Assembly (NCBI GenBank): GCA_963693365.1
Contig: CAVNZM010000004.1
Coordinates: 12,056,468 to 12,120,467, forward strand
Direction: 5' to 3'
DNA from: Amoebidium appalachense
Lineage: Eukaryota > Protista > Ichthyosporea
DNA: 64,000 bases
Shown: positions 61,650-64,000 of the stretch, in pieces
Position numbering within the stretch: position 1 is the first letter of the stretch
Layout: every line of letters starts with the position of its first letter
Notes under the pieces: generated by a model
Told to the model about the DNA's origin: nothing
The model's database searches: none
What the model saw: the letters and a program-made list of their open reading frames with translations, nothing else
Translations under genes and position numbers: made by a program

Positions 61650-62002
61650 ACTGTGGACGGAGAACACGAATTGAAAAAAAAAATTTTTTTTTTGGGGGGG
61701 GGGAGGGTATAAAGGGGGAGGGAGAGGAGGGGGGGGGGGGGGGGGGGATAAAGGGGGGGGGGGGGGGGATAAGGGGGGGAAGGGGGGGGGGGGGATAAGG
61801 GGGGGAGGGGGGGGGGGGGAGGCCTAGGGCAGGAGAAGAGAAACCATCAAGACTGCCAGAAAGCAGAAGTGACCTCGAAGGTTGTTGGTGTGCAAGCATT
61901 TGTGTGTGTGCTTGTGCGCGTGCACTGTGCATGTGTGTGCGTGTGTGCGCACACATGTGTAAATTTTTGATGTGCTCTGGAGGATGGAGGGGGGGGGGGG
62001 GG

Positions 62003-62047
<45 letters not shown>

Positions 62048-62116
62048 GGGGAGGGGAGGGGGGGGGGGGGGTGGAAGCGAAGGTGGTGGTGATGGTGGTG
62101 TTTGTGTGGTGTGCGT

Positions 62117-62148
<32 letters not shown>

Positions 62149-64000
62149 GGGGGGGGGGGGGGGGTTGGGGAAGGGGAGGGGAGGGGTTTAGGATGAAGCA
62201 TACCTCGTCAATGGTTACTGTAGGGCCGTTTTGGTAGGGCCATGTGAGGGAGAGACTGCCGGCAGGGAGGGAAGACAGGCCACGGAACACGGCACAGACC
62301 AACTGCCCCGTATGGCTGTATGAAGTGGTGGCTGTCTCCTGCAGCCGGTCTAGCAGCCCGGCAAGAACCAAACGAAGACCCTCCGGTGTGTTGGTGTTAT
62401 CGTCCAATCGCACGGCTCGGTTTGGATCCACGAGCCCAGCAGTTGTCCCTGATTGGATGACGTGTAGAAGGAGCAATTGCCATTGGCCAGAATTCAGCAA
62501 GCCGATCTCGGTGTTGCGCATGAGATCAGCGTCACGAATAGTCTCCTGCTCAGAGGGTGCCATGGGCAGCACACCCACCAACCGGGCCCACCGGGTGGCC
62601 ACCCACACGGCCAAAAACATTTCGGGTCGGGCCAGGTACAACCCGAGAATGAACCGGCACTTGTCCACTCCGTCGGTGCACACAGTGACGTCCATATTGA
62701 GGGCCTCGGTGGCTCCTTCAGCCGTTGCTAGGCAGCAGCGAATCACAGGGGTTGGTGCCTTCACGGCCGACCGATTGATGCTCACCGCCAGCCCCTCCAG
62801 TGCGGGCACAATCTGATACTCCAGCCAGTGCTGTCGGAGATTTCGGTCGGTGGCCAATAGGATTTTCCCAGCTGGGGCATATGGCGGTTGCATCGCCGCG
62901 GGCTGTGGGCGCAAACATAAATCCAAATCGCTCGACTCATCGCACGTGAAAAGCGCCGCTGACCCATAGATGTGCGGAAGGAAAGGGCCAATCAGGTTTG
63001 CCGATTGGAGGTGGGCATATACCTGCTCGGCCAACTGGAGCTTCTCCTCAACCCCCCGCTGTAGGCCGGCCACGTGGTCGACAAAATAGCGCTGTGACGT
63101 CCGACCAATAGAATCCTGCACCGTACCCAACGGGCAAATCGGCCGGCTTTGATTTGCACCAGCCGACATGGCCGCCAGGTGATCCCCCGGGATCCAGGCA
63201 AAACCAAGGCATGACTCGGAACCAGTAATCGGCGCCAGTTTGCCCTGTGATGAGGGAGTGTAGGCAGCCTGGTACCATGCCGATGCGGCATCCAACCAAT
63301 CATCATTGGTGGGCTGGCCCTTGGTCACCCCCGCCACAATCTGTTGGAATATCTCCCGATGGTGCTGCCACACACTTGCAGCCGCCTGCTGCATGCCCTC
63401 AAACGCTCGTCCTCGATTGGCCGCCATCAGGGGGTGCAATGCTGGGCACCAGCCAATCAAAAGCTCGCTCTCGTGGTCTGCGCCATAAATAGACACGGCC
63501 TGCGCAATTTCCACGCAATACTGCACGTGGGCAGTTCGTGCCGGTGCCATAAACCGCCTAGCCCCCGGGCGCTGAAATACTCTGTGCACTTTTGCCGCCG
63601 AAACCACCTCTGCGCGCAATTCTGCTGCGGCATCATACCCCTTTGCCCGGCGATACAACTCACCGAGAATTTTTCCGGACGTGTAGGAATCTTTGTCGGC
63701 CTTTTCCATGAAATCGGGGTATCCCTTGATCTCGATCAACTGCATTGCCTGCACGGGCACCATGGGTGCAATGCCCGTCTTGAGCGAATCCACCGCCACT
63801 GATTGGGCCTCGGCAACGGTTAATGCAATTTGATTGGTTGCCCCGCCTTCGAGCATGTCGCATAGCGCCAGGTGCATGGATGCGACCCGGCCCAACAAAT
63901 CGCTATCCATGGCCTTCGAAATGTACTGGCCCAAATTCCGCTCTGTGGAATGGACCAATGACAACTCGTCGTCGGAACCCATAGAGCCGGCCAATGACGA
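57205..64000 (-). CDS. Eukaryotic RNA-dependent RNA polymerase (RNAi type; 5' part outside window) fused to a terminal nucleotidyltransferase and further C-terminal domains
   Basis: Exons >64000-62204, 60691-59849, 58772-57967 and tentatively 57223-57205. RdRP C-terminal motifs LGRVASMHLALCD, QSVAVDSLKTG, YPDFMEK, SGKILGELYR, ASAWYQAAY, GFAW are followed in the same exon by the Pol-beta NTase motif IYGS...SDLDL...PVIRC...MDVT. The RdRP catalytic DxDGD is expected upstream and is not visible. Confidence 0.9.
60980..61552. mobile_element. Non-autonomous piggyBac-type element (MITE), 573 bp
   Basis: TTAA at 60976-60979 and 61553-61556. Terminal inverted repeats CCTCTTGAGGACCG and CGGTCCTCAACAGG match at 13/14. 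AT-rich interior with no credible coding sequence. Lies in an intron of the RdRP gene. Confidence 0.85.

Overview
Eukaryotic (protist/alga-like) genomic DNA with spliceosomal GT-AG introns, 0.3-1.8 kb long, packed with G/C homopolymers and CA/TG/GA microsatellites. Most ORFs in the supplied track are low-complexity artefacts. Reading splice sites by hand gives eight recognisable genes: a cytochrome P450 (-), an inward-rectifier K+ channel (-), a Cys-type GST (+), a sirtuin (+), an AN1 zinc finger (-), a PNPO/PdxH-like flavoprotein (-), a cAMP-receptor/Git3-like GPCR (-), and the 3' part of an RNA-dependent RNA polymerase gene (-) that runs off the window end. Mobile DNA comprises a decayed LINE 3' end, a 573-bp TTAA-flanked piggyBac-type MITE, a two-copy ~400-bp dispersed repeat and a possible Helitron end. 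The best candidate for a new system is the RdRP. It is fused in one exon to an intact Cid1/Cid12-type terminal nucleotidyltransferase and, through phase-compatible introns, to a KH-like domain and a possible triphosphate-tunnel-like domain, suggesting a single-chain small-RNA amplification complex. Also notable are a PNPO whose B6-binding residues are all replaced, intron-by-intron C/G tract polarity, and YAG acceptors just upstream of most start codons. All gene models are manual and unverified by RNA data, and homopolymer lengths may contain assembly errors.
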